This document shows positions 12,630 through 25,460 of a stretch of DNA of 64,000 bases, piece after piece. This stretch comes from Octopus sinensis (taxonomy: Eukaryota): contig NC_043004.1 in NCBI RefSeq assembly GCF_006345805.1, forward strand, positions 56,730,001-56,794,000, read 5' to 3'. Below the pieces are notes generated by a model. It worked only from the letters and a program-made list of their open reading frames with translations, did not search any database and had not been told where the DNA came from. Both the position numbers and the translations under genes were made by a program. How positions within the stretch are numbered: the stretch's first letter is position 1; each line of letters starts with the position of its first letter.

Positions 12630-13006
12630 GAGTGAGAGAGCAGTTCATGCCATCAAAGTGACACTGGGGTAAAATATACGAAGCCCAATATACCCATCAT
12701 GACTACCCGTCTGATAAAGGTACACCAGGCACATGCATCACAACCATATGTGCGCGACATGGTGATCTCATATCAAGATAAACAGCACATGACCTTACAG
12801 GTGGGGCCCAGTTAGAATTTTCTTCAGGTTGAGTAGCCCATCCCGCTCAAACGGTCCCTGAATAAGGGTTGCTTAAGGATGTTGAAAGAACCACCCATGT
12901 TTCCAGAGGTGAACTATTCAAACCCCAAAGAATCCCTCTCAACACATGGCTATGATGCTCCCCCACTACTTCTGCTCGTGATCAGAGATGCACATATCGT
13001 CAGCCA
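12630..13006 (-). mobile_element. Non-coding (TAA)n-flanked interspersed element (Dong-associated 3' UTR or short non-autonomous retroposon)
   Basis: GC-richer block of about 375 bp bounded on both sides by (TTA)n, between two Dong fragments; no ORF. Confidence 0.5.
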
Positions 13007-13041
<35 letters not shown>

Positions 13042-13042
<1 letters not shown>

Positions 13043-13910
13043 CCAGTAGTTTTATTTCAATTTTATAACGTGCTTTCAAGGCTCTGTTCGCATTGGGTAT
13101 GTGCTGTGGTTTACCGTGATGCTCTTATAGTTACTGTATTAAAAGTATTTTACGTAAGATGTGTGCAGTGCTATTGTCTGTATGTTATATATATATTGTT
13201 AATCCTGGTGTTTTTGTTATGAAGTTGTCTGAATATTTTTTATCATACCTAATGCGCCCACTATGATAGGAATTGTTTCTGTTTCTAAATTCCACATTCG
13301 AGTTACCTCTATTTCCAGATCTTTCTATTGTGAAAGTTTCTTCATTTCTTTTAGAGAAACGTTGTCATCTATTGGTATTGATACATAAACTAGAAAGGAT
13401 CTTTTGTCCTTCGTGAACTTTGACAAATATATCTGACCTATTGGCCTTAATTTCTCTATGTGTATTCGTATATCCCAGAGCATTGTTGCTTTCTCATTTT
13501 CTGTAACTTTTTCTGGCGTGTGCTTATACCATCTTTTTTCTGTTGTTATTCCATAATGTTGGCATAGATTCCAGTGTATGTAGGTCCCAACTCTGTCGTG
13601 TCTGTGAATATATTCCTTCTTAGCTAGGACTGGGCAGCCAAAGACAATATGATTTATAAATTCTTGTCCACCTCCACATATTCTGCAGTTACTTGTTATG
13701 TTTCTTTTCATTATATGTTTTTGGTAATTTCTGTTGGAGAGGATTTGGTCTTGTGTTGCAATTAAAATCTTTCAGACTCTGCTTTGAGTCCTGAGCTTCT
13801 CAGCCATTGCTGAGATTTTGTATTGTCTATCTCTTTTGCGTTTAGATTAACCCATCGTTTTATCATGGTCCGTTACTATTCTAGTTTTAATTTGGATTTC
13901 ATTTGATTTA
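13042..13910 (-). mobile_element. R4/Dong-type non-LTR retrotransposon 3' fragment (CCHC knuckle and restriction-like endonuclease)
   Basis: CRICGGGQEFINHIVFGC (CCHC), YIHRHDRV (RHD), REIKANRPDI (PD), SIPIDDNVSLKEMKK, TRMWNLETETIPIIVGALG; 3' end abuts (TAA)n. Confidence 0.85.
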
Positions 13911-13919
13911 CAGCCTATG

Positions 13920-14240
13920 CTGTTTCTTCTTCTTCTTCTTCGTCGCCTTCGTCTTCGTCTTCTTCTCCTTCTTCTACGTCTTCTTCTTCTTCGTCTTCGT
14001 CTTCATCTTCGTCTTCATCGTCTTCTTCTTCGTCTTCTTCTTTTTCGTCTTCGTCTTCTTCTTCTCTTCTTCTTCTTCTTCTTCTTCTTTTCATCTTCAT
14101 TGTATTCTTCTTCTTCTTCTTCTTCTTCATCATCGTCTTCTTCTTTTTTCTTCTTCTTCTTCATCTTCATTGTATTCTTCTTCTTCATCATCGTCTTCTT
14201 CTTCTCCAGGCCCTCCTCCTCCTCATTATTATTATTATTT
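13920..14240. repeat. (TTC/TCG/TCA)n microsatellite
   Basis: Direct reading. Confidence 0.95.
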
Positions 14241-15434
14241 AAAACTTTTTATCGTGTTGAAACCAAAACTGGGTGCAGGAAAATAATCTCTCTTAGTATT
14301 GATTTTACTTTCTTTTCTGCTCTATTTCCCTTTCAAAAACATAAGTAAAGTGCATACAATACTAAAGAAATGCAAACAATATGCGATTATACATCTAAAG
14401 CTGATGTTTCGTTTATTTGAGAATCCTCATTTTCATTTCCATTTGCCATAGATTTGGGTGTATGTGCAGTGATAAAATAAGAATATATATTTTCGAATGA
14501 CTGTGTGGTCAACAATGGCACTTCGCTGCCACGTATTTTCAGGTTCGCTTAAGTAGATGTATTGTACTGTAATCATGGGCCGACTAGTGTCTTGTGAGCG
14601 AATGTCTTGGTACACAGAATGTGTGGAAGCCCACCTGTAATATTCCGACTAATATAGTAAAGCATTTAGATATTTCAACACTAAATAACGCTTGATAATA
14701 ATTGCTTTTCGTTTTAACAGAAAACTAACTAAATGTCGTGGTGTATTTATTTTTGTATTCTTTCATTATGTTTTCATTATATAATGACGTCATGATAATT
14801 TTAAATACTCAACTCATTTTTCTTAGAAAAAAATTTTTTGTTTTTCTGTGTGTTCATCTATTAGACATACTATCTCAGTTGACATTGAATTGGGTTAATT
14901 TGATAATATTGTTTTAGCATAAATTTTCGGATATATTGTTTTAGCTAGTATTTTATAAATCTTTCCTTATCTAAATATTTTGGTACACTAAAAATGATGG
15001 TTGGTAATGTACGGTGTAACCATCAATGATATACGTAATTTTTTTTATTCTTGTCCCTCTTGTCATATTCTCCAGATTTCTTGTGATTCTTCAAGGCGAT
15101 ATTTGGAGTTACTTCTTAGGCCTGAGGTATTATCTAGGATGCTAATTCTATTTCAGTTGATCGGTATCTGATTGTGTGATATAAATAAACAAGTTCACTT
15201 AACACTGAGTGCTTTCTAGAGTTCACTTTTAAGACTTCACATATAAACAATGTAGAATCTATTTCGAGACCCTTCATGTCTGTGACAATCAAGAGAGTAT
15301 AAATAAACACAAACACATACGCACACACATACGCACACACACACACACACACACACAACACACACATATATATATGTAGAGAGAGATAGAAGCATGTGTG
15401 TTCATGACTGTGTGTGTATATATATATATATATA

Positions 15435-15735
15435 TCACGTGATCACGTGACCGACCAGACCATCAGATGTTTTACACATCGCTGGTCACAATGCGTTCGC
15501 AATGTTTTAGCCTTTAAATGACGCCACCCCGCTGGCTAAGCGAGCAGGCCAACAGAAGAAAGAGAGAAAGAGTGTTGAAAGAGTACAGCAGGGATCACCA
15601 CCCCCTGCTGGAGCCTAGTGGAGCTTTTAGGTGTTTTTCGCTCAATAAATACTCACAATGCCCGGTCTGGGAATCGAAACCGCGATCCTATGACCGCGAG
15701 TCCGCTGCCCTAACCATGGGCCATTGCGCCTCCAC
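15435..15735 (-). mobile_element. SINE family B, alternative-tail subtype (tRNA-Arg-like head)
   Basis: Head ggaggcgcaatggccca.tggttagggcagcggactcgcggtcataggatcgcggtttcgattcc is shared with 19482, but the 3' half differs and ends ggtcacgtgatcacgtga. Confidence 0.85.
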
Positions 15736-15804
15736 TATATATATATAATATAATATATATATAATATATATATATTATATATATATATATATATAGAGAG
15801 AGAG

Positions 15805-15854
<50 letters not shown>

Positions 15855-16029
15855 ACGTATGTATGTATATGAGTATCTGTTGCCTGTGCAACTCAAACCA
15901 CATGACAAATAGGGTTAGCTTCTCTACTTGCGTGCATGCTAGTGTTCCGCCAAAAATTGATTGATAGAATAAGTACTAACTGTGTGTGTGTATTTTTGCG
16001 TAAATGCATGTTTGTGAAAATGTATGTGT

Positions 16030-16175
16030 CGATAGCATCGATCCCAGTGCTTAACTGGTACTTATTATAGCGACCCCGAAAGGTTGAAAGGGAAAGTCAA
16101 CCTCGGTGGAATTTGAACTCAGGATTTGAATGTGAAGATGGACGAAATGTAACGATTCTGCGAGCTCGCCGTCTT
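16030..16175 (-). mobile_element. SINE family C fragment (Nin/Deu-like domain)
   Basis: Reverse complement contains gagttcaaattccaccgaggttgactttccctttcaacctttcggggtcgctataataagtaccag. Confidence 0.75.
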
Positions 16176-17419
16176 CCTGTGTCGGTAATATTATCTGACA
16201 TTTATTTCTAAATACGTCGGTGAATTTATTGTTCCTTGAGTACTACAATGATTTAGATAATAAGAATATAATCCTCAATAACTGAGTCATGATATTTCTG
16301 ATATTCACATGGAAAAGTTATCTATCTGGCATTCTAACTTAAATTCTTTTGTTGTGTATAATAGGTTAAAATATATGAATGACATCACAGCGAAACTTCA
16401 ATTACACAAGCAGTAATATGCATGTATAATATACAATACAATAATGTTGTGGTAAAAAATAGGTCGAACTAATAAAAAGAACATTGTATTTATTTGAAGT
16501 AATTAAAAAAATGTACTTTAGGATATGTCTATTTTATGCTTTTATATCAAAACTAGAGAGAAATTTTAAAGAGGCCATCATTTATAAATTGAATCAAATA
16601 TATACCATACAATGTAACACAAATCAAATTTGTAACTCAATTTACTTCAATATATTGTTGAACGCTTTGATGACGACAGATGGACTGAATTAAGGGGATA
16701 ACTGAAATTATGCTACAACAGAAATATACAAGTCTTTTGAAATACGTAAAACATAATTCTATTTAGGAAATGTACACTATAACAAGTAGTAATATTCACA
16801 CGTTAAACCATTCCTATTCGTTCTAGACGTTGTAGCCTGTACTAGTAACTAACTTTGTATATTAATAAATGTCTCTAGTAAACGTACGTGGAGGCTCAAG
16901 AGAAAGCTGATGGGCATATACAAGAGAAGACTCTTGTTGTTATATTACTGGCAGGATGGGAACAGTGTTGATTGGTATGGTATTGGTGATGCCTCAGACA
17001 ACACAGGAAACGTTAGCTTTGTAAATGGTGGATGGAGAGTGAGGGGTAGAGAGAGAGAGAGAGAGAGATGGATGGGGAGAGCGAGAGAAAGAGAAAAAAA
17101 CAGAGACAGAAAGGGACAAATAGAGAGTGAGAGAGAGCAGCAGAAGGAATGTCTAATGTGATGTCACACCGTCTTTCATCTTTATTTTCTCGTTTCATCT
17201 CCCTTTCTCTTTCTTCATCTACCAATCACCAATATCAGCACTAACGTCACTGCTGGAGTATCAGGGTCCACCACTATCATTACTGCCATCAGTTTGTTTC
17301 TTGTCATTTCAAACTACTTCCCTTAAACTTACACAGATTTTGGGAAGATGAGAAAATCGATATATATATATATACCTCGATCGGTGTTTTCGGGCGATTA
17401 TAGTCCCTGTCTATATATA

Positions 17420-17463
<44 letters not shown>

Positions 17464-17609
17464 AATACAATTATGTGCTTTGACTTCAGCATTAGAGAAT
17501 TTTAACTGTTATTTCTAGAAATGTAGGCGTTTCTATCATCTCAGACAAATTTAGAGACAATTATAGTTTTCCCTTTTGGTTAAACATTGGACACTACTCT
17601 CTATATTAA

Positions 17610-17671
<62 letters not shown>

Positions 17672-17699
17672 GTAAAAGTATGTATGTATGACTTTAGTA

Positions 17700-18000
17700 T
17701 TGACACGTTGCGTATCAATTTGAGTATCAAACATGGTTGTCAAGTTGTGACAGGCCACGATGATAGCACAATCTCGGAGGAAGTAATCAAATTGCAAGCA
17801 CACATGGCAAGCAAATCTTCTAAGTTGTGGTGTAAGCAAGTAAATCTCAATGTGATCCAGCTTAGATTACCATGATGTTTGCAGGTTATTACTGACCAAT
17901 GATCTGAATTTCAATACCAATGCATTATTTTGCTGAAATTACAGTCTTGAAACGTGGGCTGTTACAACCGTTTCCTATATAAACAACGACTACAGAATAT
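17700..18000 (+). pseudogene. Possible decayed Gypsy/Ginger-type integrase fragment
   Basis: RLP*CLQVITDQ*SEF around 17865-17912 resembles the integrase GLP..IITDQGSEF motif; a single motif only. Confidence 0.3.
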
Positions 18001-18149
18001 TGAATTTACGACCATTAAAGAGTTTATTATATGTATGAATTTGTGAGAAATGCTATCTAGTAAGCAGCAGGAAGCTTGTAACCACATCAGTGAAAGCATG
18101 TAGATTGAAACCTTCTGTTTTAATTCATCTTTGTGAAGCTTGTCCTCAA

Positions 18150-19400
18150 TCGTACATCGTCATAATGAAGGGTGTACCTATAAAATCTCTCTCACTTCAT
18201 CGACAGTTGAAAATTCTTGTGCTGATATTTCTGCCAAGGTTTCTTATTAGACCTGAGTTCAGTTGTTGTCTCTAAGGCTAAAATCCCTTTTCTTTTTTTG
18301 TAAGGTTAATGTTTTTAAATATAGTGTGACTTTCAAGAAGGTGACAGCGTAAAAGCTATTGCGACATCAAATCCTTGAAGATGTTGACATGATTCCTACT
18401 TAATGGAACTATAGCGTGGCCGTTTATATGAGTTGAATTCGTCGAGCCATCATCACTATACATATCGAACTATGAGATGTGTGTTTTTAAGCTTAAGGAA
18501 TTAGTCTCGTTGTAGCTACAGACGGATACAAATAGTGGGTTTTCTTCTTTAAGGCAAGTCATAATGATCGTGTTGAAGGATTGACTTCTTAGCATTTCTA
18601 TTAAGTTGTCTACCAATGCCTTATGTTTTCAGAAGGAGAGATGTCGATGTAGAAATATATGATATATAAATGAGTGAATTTATAGGCTACTTTATTCTCG
18701 ATTCCGTAGAACTGCTTGCTTATAGCTGCGCTGCCATCTTATAGAATGGTGCTCCTTCTGATAGCCCAGTGACTGGCGTCAATAATACACTTACAATGGA
18801 AATCCATCACTTATCGAACCTGATTAACTAGGATTTCCGGTAGGAAAGGAAGTTGGGTATTTGTTCCTGAAGCCAAATATGCAGGTCGAAAATTGTGTTG
18901 CTTTTGTGATGATATTTGTTATTATGCAGAGGGTAATTTAATGTTTGTTTGGTATACTTCTCTTTTATTTACCAGCAAGCGGGTGTACATTAATTAATTG
19001 TTATTCTGTTGATTCGCTTATGTACTCGCAAGGAATCGATATAATTTTTTGCAAATTTATATTTGACATTCTTATTGCCAGATGAGTTTGAACAATTATG
19101 GTAACCAATAATCCTCAGCATCATAGTTTCAGGAGGCCATATTTCTCATGGATGAATGAATGCACTTCATTATGATGTTCCGTTTATGAATCCTTTAACG
19201 TTATTTATTGAACAATAGAATGTTTTAATGACTATGAAAGTATCTAATGATGGATGCAGGAAATAACACACAGCAAACATTTAATTTCCTCTTTTTGACA
19301 ATTTCCGTAGCAAAACAAAAACAAAAACAATCTTACGTTACCGAGGCAGCATATCTTCATCGACTTCTCAGCTTCATATTTTGTGACTTTGATCTGTAAC
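18150..19400 (-). pseudogene. Decayed Penelope-like element reverse transcriptase
   Basis: Minus-strand motifs in the expected order: PNFLSYRKS*LI (about 18860, cf. HKPNF.N.P.CRLINP), DMYSDDG (about 18455, cf. GLYRDDGL), VTFLKVTLYL (about 18335, cf. VNFLDVTLDL), IRNLGRNISTRI (about 18240). Many stops; the boundary beyond about 18900 is not motif-supported. Confidence 0.6.
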
Positions 19401-19481
19401 CACTTAGACGTGAGAACACCATCTGTTATAGAATATTAGTAACAAGTCCAGATCATTGGTTATACGACTACATATGTACGC

Positions 19482-19866
19482 GGAGGCGCAATGGCCCAGT
19501 GGTTAGGGCAGCGGACTCGCGGTCATAGGATCGCGGTTTCGATTCCCAGACCGGGCCTTGTGAGTGATTATTGAGCGAAAACACCTAAAAGCTCCACGAG
19601 GCTCCGGCAGGGTATGGTGGTGATCTCTACTGTACTCTTTCACCACAACTTTCTCTCACTCTTACTTCCTGTTTCTGTTGTACCTGTATTTCAAGGGGCC
19701 GGCCTTGTCACTCTCTGTGTCATGCTGAATATCCCCGAGAACTACGTTAAGGGTGCACGTGTCTGTGGAGTGCTCAGCCACTTACAGGTTAATTTCACGA
19801 GCAGGCTGTTCCGTTGATTCGGATCAACCGGAACCCTCATCGTCGTAACCGACGGAGTGTTTCCAT
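19482..19866 (+). mobile_element. SINE family B, full length
   Basis: tRNA-like head with B box ggtttcgattcc, tail ...gtaaccgacggagtgtttcca, about 12-bp TSD acatat(g/a)tacgc. Confidence 0.92.
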
Positions 19867-20089
19867 CCACATATATACGCACACTCAAGCAAATATACAT
19901 ACAGACACACAGACAGTTGCACATTTATAAAATGTAGGCTGCAAAATAAGTCTACACCAATCTTGCCTAACCGAAACCTTCAATATACATGTCTCTTAGC
20001 ACATCTATAACGGTCGTTGTTCATTATAGTATCCCACTTCTATGTAAGAGCGGATTCCGTTTATCAAGGTTGATCATGCATTGTATATA

Positions 20090-20440
20090 CATGTGTAGTA
20101 CTGCGTAACGTTTATTTTGGAGTGATAAGCAAGTTCCCATTCATGTAATTGTGTTTCTTTAAAAGTCAGGCTGCGGTAGACAGCTGGTAATTTTTAGCAT
20201 GTGTATCATCAGAGATTTTGCTGCAAAATCACGAAAAATAGGACAGATACCCCAGGGCATCTTGCCTTACATTTCTGCCAATCCACCACTCAAAAGAATG
20301 AAAGAATGGATGAAGTGATCATAGAGTCAGAACAACCCCCGCGTGGCATTCTCACAACTTCCATTGCAACTTTCTTAATTCATAGCCTTATGTGTCATCG
20401 TTTCCTGAAATCGGTTGTTGATGCCGGGTTTTAGATGTGT
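20090..20440 (+). pseudogene. Possible decayed pogo/Tigger transposase fragment
   Basis: RLFWSDKQ, DTPGH and FLP..STT....MDEVII resemble the pogo W..NKKAW, DNAPGH and FLPPNTTS..QPMDQGII motifs across frameshifts. Confidence 0.35.
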
Positions 20441-21249
20441 CTGTAATTCTTAATACTTTTTTTTATTTATGTAACCTTTCTTAGAAACCATAGATTCAAA
20501 ACTAACAAGGAATGCAATGGGGACTTAAATGTAAAGCTCCCTTCCTACCCAGACAGATATGAACACGTATCATTGATTTATGTAGGAGTGACATAAACTT
20601 AGAAAACATACACGAAAGGCATTTACATTTCATCTTATAATTCCGGCAAATAAAGTGAAACTCTTTTCATGTTCATGTTCACATGTAGTAATCTTTAGAT
20701 TGTGGAACAAAGTAAATATCCTTCCTCTCTCACTATAATGGTTCTAAAGTTGTGGCATTAAGGACAAAATTTCTATTAAAAGTACTTTGAATACTTAGCA
20801 ATTATGTTTCATTAGATAATTAGTTTGATAAAGTTATTTAAATGTAACATTTTATTTAATTCTTAATTCAATGTCTTATTAGCTGCGATTTATATTTTTG
20901 AATATGATCCAAATTATTAAAGTTTAATTTGAGGTTAAATCTTTCAAATATAGTTTTAGTCCTAGACAGTTGTTGTAGTGATTTACTATTTATATCTTTA
21001 CACTATTTGATTTTAAACAATTTTTATATTTTGAGTATTATTTTTGTTTTTGGCTTCCCACAATATCTTTGATTTGTCTGAAATTTGTCGCTTCGCTAAA
21101 ATAATTCTATTTGCTTCTGTTCATTCGAAAATTCTATTTTAATTATACTCAAATTTATAATAATTTTTTCACTCGTTTTATCGCGTACTTAACTTAGCAA
21201 CAGAGTTAATACATTGTGTCTTGGGTGCGTGAAATATATATATTTTTTC

Positions 21250-21700
21250 TTTTACTTGGTAACCTTATTTATTTCTTTACAATATGGAGTGTATTGGAAG
21301 CACCGTGTGATCAGTGCTTAGCGATGCTATTTTCGGTTTTTACGTGTATATGTTTAAATTGTTGTGTTTCCATTAACTATTTGTCTGTATCTATTTTAAT
21401 CATAGTCACTGTACTTGGTATTATAGAAAGTGGTTCTGATTTTGATTTCCACGTTCTGATTTATCTGCTTGGATATTTTATATTGCAATAATTTCTACTT
21501 TGCCCTTAGATATCATCATTTGGGACCAGTACTATCGTACAGAGGCAATATCTTCCATAGTGGACAGCAAATATTTTATCTTTGAGTCAATGTGTTGGTA
21601 TAGTCTATTATATATTTATTTCATTGAGTATCACCTTGTTCACTGAGACACTTTCCGGTATGTTTTAAAGCCAATTTTCTTTTCTGTTATTTCATTTTCT
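21250..21700 (-). pseudogene. Old R4/Dong RLE fragment
   Basis: IRTWKSKSEPLSIIPSTVTMIK parallels TRMWNLETETIPIIVGALGMIK of the 13042 copy; upstream IPESVSVNKVIL parallels TPEKVTENEKATML. Confidence 0.45.
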
Positions 21701-21727
21701 TATATAATCATATTATTATTATCATTT

Positions 21728-21950
21728 AAGGCGGCGAGCTGGCAGAATTGTTAGCACGCCGGGCAAAATACTTAGCAGCATCTTGTCCGTCTTTACGTTC
21801 AAATTTCAAATTCCGCCGAGATCGACTTTGCTTTTCATTCTTTCGGAGTTGATGAAATAAGTACCAGTGGAATACTGGAGCCGATAAAATCGACAAGCCC
21901 CCTCCCCCAAATTTCAGGCCCTGTGCCTATTGTAGAAAGTATTATTATTA
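21728..21950 (+). mobile_element. SINE family C (Nin/Deu-domain type), full length
   Basis: aaggcggcgagctggcagaattgttagcacgccgggc...gactttgcttttcattctttcggagttgatgaaataagtaccag...ccctgtgcctattgtagaaag plus (att)n tail. Confidence 0.85.
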
Positions 21951-22049
21951 TGATCTTGTTTAACTCATTGACTGGGGAGTATAGTAAAGTGTCAATTGTC
22001 CACAACCAAGAGACTAAGTCGATACTGTTCATTCAAATTTCGCCAACAT

Positions 22050-22800
22050 TGTGACGTATAATTTCGGTTTCGTAAATTATGTATTGCAAAATATTCTCAC
22101 AATTTCCACACACCTGTATATTGCTATAATATACAATGAATTAGTGTCATATTCTATCCTTCCTTTGAACCACGCCTCCACAACATTATTCTTTTCGTTT
22201 TACTGTTTTTCATAACTTACTCTTTCCAACGCTTCTGCTACTTCTGCGCGTAGATTTCTTTTTAAAGTTACTTTATTAAATGATCTGAAAATATGCTGTA
22301 CAGTTTTATTTTTATTCCCCACTGTAGAGATTAAGTACAAAGGCAATTATGACATTTGGACACGCTTCCCTATATTCTGCCCAATAAAGTCACCATCTCT
22401 TCCCCAAATAATTACAACCTAGTTTACTTCTCCGATTTCGGAACATTTTTACACCTTATCCCCCACTCTATCAACAGTACATTTCCCAAGCAACGTCTCT
22501 TCTTAAATCCGCATTTCTCTCATATGTTTTGTTATCTGAGTCATGAGCCTTATCATAAGTCCCTCTCTCAGTTCTATATACGAATCGTCTAACCTTCTCG
22601 ATTTCCTCCTCTGTCAGTCATTCTTTTACATCAATATACCTAGTCTCTAACTTGCGCACATCAGACATACCTATTCTCCCTATATAATCTGTTTATATTA
22701 GTTTACTTAAAACCGATACTACATAACCCTCATATCGATCTCGCTTACGTAGAAATTAAGGCTGCACCGTTGGTTTATCTGATCGCCTATTAGGACACTT
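22050..22800 (-). pseudogene. Possible decayed RTE-type LINE fragment
   Basis: AEVAEALERVSYEK..EKNNVVEAWFKG resembles the pre-RT EV..AL..MK.GKA.G.D...VEAWK motif. Confidence 0.4.
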
Positions 22801-22842
22801 GCCAGTTAATGTAATGCTCGTCTGAGACATGGGAAACTTACT

Positions 22843-23152
22843 GTGGAAGCACTCCGTCGGTTACGACGATGAGGGTTCCGGTTGATCCGAATCAACGGAA
22901 CAGACTGCTCGTGAAATTAACGTGTAAGTGGCTGAGCACTCCACAGACACGTGTACCCTTAACGTAGTTCTCAGGGATATTCAGCGTGACACAGAGAGTG
23001 ACAAGGCCGGCTCTTTGAAATACAGGTACAACAGAAACAGGAAGTAAGTGTGAGAGAAAGTTGTGGTGAAAGAGTACAGCAGGGATCACCACCATCCCTG
23101 CCAGAGCCTCGTGGAGCTTTAGGTGTTTTCGCTCAATAAACACTCACAAGCC
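22843..23152 (-). mobile_element. SINE family B, 5'-truncated
   Basis: Reverse complement of about 19560-19866. Confidence 0.9.
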
Positions 23153-23541
23153 CCGAAACTTACTGGTTGGGTTACCTTCCCTAGTAGTTCGAACATCATT
23201 TAAGACTTTGTCGGAAAAGTTATTTGCCATTCTCACACACAAAGCCGTTGTGACGTCAATGTTACAAAATCCCGGGTACTTTTTATCGAATCATAATCTC
23301 ATGAAGATTTACCGACAGCTTTAAAACAACTGAATGTTTCATGTTCTTGGTCCATCAGACTGCAAGTTGACATGTTTCTGCCGAGATCAACGTCCATATT
23401 TGCGATTTGGGGAAAATCTTGAGAATGTCGGAAAAATGGCTTGTAACGATAACTGAGATTAAGTCCCGACGAGGTCATCAAAGTCTTTCATCACTTTGAG
23501 GTCCAGAAAATAAAGTACCAATGGAGTACTCTTCGTATTAA

Positions 23542-23574
<33 letters not shown>

Positions 23575-23576
<2 letters not shown>

Positions 23577-23784
23577 TCTTTTACTCTCTTTTACTTGTTT
23601 CAGTCATTTGACTGCAGCCATGCTGGAGCACCACCTTTAATCGAGCAACTCGACCCCGGGACTTATTCTTTGTAAGCCCAGTACTTATTCTATCGGTCTC
23701 TTTTGCCGAACCGCTAATTGACGGGGACATAAACACAACAGCATCGGTTGTCAAGCGATGCTGGGGACAAACACAGACATACAA

Positions 23785-23827
<43 letters not shown>

Positions 23828-24004
23828 CATATACATATATACGACGAGCTTCTTTCAGTTTCCGCCTACCAAATCCACTCACAAGGCTTTGGTCGGCCCG
23901 AGGCTATAGTAGAAGACACTTGTCCAAGGTGCCACGCAGTGGGACTGAACCTGGAACCGTGTGGTTGGTAAACAAGCTACTTACCACACAGCCACTCCTG
24001 CGCC
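23575..24004 (-). mobile_element. SINE family A, full length
   Basis: Reverse complement of the 5813 copy. Confidence 0.92.
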
Positions 24005-24029
24005 ATGTTATAATTCTTATTATTGTTAT

Positions 24030-24215
24030 TAGTAACTTCGCCTTAGCATAAGTGGAGGTATTGTTTTCAGTCGTGTTTGTGTATTTGTTTGTTCGTGGAC
24101 AAGATATCTCAAGAACCGCCGGATGGATTCAGATGAAACGTTCAGGGATATTTGAACTTGTGACTGGAACGAACTGCTTAGATTTCTGGATCGATCGGAC
24201 AAGAATTCTGGACTA
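24030..24215 (+). mobile_element. Helentron/HINE-like non-autonomous rolling-circle element end
   Basis: taacttcgcc...ggaggtattgttttcagtcgtgtttgt(gttt)n...ggatggattcagatgaaac: subterminal hairpin plus GTTT microsatellite architecture typical of HINE/DINE-like ends. Confidence 0.45.
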
Positions 24216-25460
24216 TTTGTTATATTTACTTTATATGATTACGATCTTACGTTGACTTTCAAGTCTTTCTCAATGATGTCTCTTTAAGCTGTTTCTAAAG
24301 TTTTATTTTCGTTTCATTATTATTAATTTTATTCGTGTCTCTATATTATTAACCAAACTACATGAACAGACTGCAGCAAAACCGGCCAGAAATGAGAAAA
24401 ACACCTGCATATTTTTATAATAGATATATATATATATATTATATGTTGTAATATTAACACTTTACAGTATACTTACGTATATACATACATCTTTACATCG
24501 AGCTAAAACAACAGGAATATTAAAGGAAGGCCGGAATTTGAGAGAAAGGAAAACCAAAAGGTCGCATGCTATTCATTTAAAAATTCCTGAGTAGAACTTA
24601 TTACCTCTGCCTTTAAAATCATTTTGAATTGTGAATTTGTTAACTTTGTCTTCTATTAGATAAGGATAAACTATTTATAATTGTTAGTAAATTTTCTCCA
24701 GCCACCTTTACATTGCATGATTACCACCACCACCACAACCGCCACCGCCACTACTACTACTACTTCCCTCAACATTCTGTAACCGATTTAACATTGATTT
24801 TAGATAACTAATGATGAACTTTAAATGCGAACTTTGGTAATCAGCTGAAAGCTTTATTGTAGTTCAAATCCTAAACAAACAGACCTACATAATATTTTAG
24901 TTGTTCTCGGGAAGAGAACTGTCTACTTGTATCTCATATCATTTTAAGTTGATCCTTTTGATCAGTTGAACACAATTCATTTCTCATAAACTGCTGCTGC
25001 TAGTGACATTACCAGATGTGAATTCGTTGAATAGCAGCATTCTCTCTAAATGCCATATCAATTTTTGAGAACCAATAATTTAAGTTCTAGCTCTAGAGAG
25101 TCGTCGTCTCTTTTATTCTTCCTCTACTGATAATATGATTTGCTAGTAATGGTTTGATTTCTCTCCTCCAATTTGAACGAATTCAAATTTTAATTTGGTA
25201 ATGAATATCAGTCTGGTAATTATGGCTTAGTACATATGATTAATATAAGTAATAAAAAATTCAGAAATTATTTAATGACAGTGCTGAACATATCTATTGT
25301 GAATATGGAAAACATCCTAGTTTTAAAACTTATGCCAGAACAATCTCCAGCAGCAACTTCCTAAAATCCCATTGCATTGAAGTTCTGGTATCAAGTACTA
25401 TAGTCTCGATTCGGTCTTCGAATGGTAAGTATATCAACGTATCAGGGGTGATGAGTCAGT

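Noticed and set aside
19482-19555. tRNA-Arg-like sequence as a tRNA gene
   Set aside because: It is the head of a multi-copy SINE with TSDs and continues into SINE body; no clean acceptor stem or Pol III terminator.
19614-19817. Recurring small ORF (VLFHHNFLSLLLPVSVVPVFQGAG...) at 19614, 22892 and 55191 as a gene family
   Set aside because: Incidental frame within SINE B copies; starts vary and there is no coding signature.
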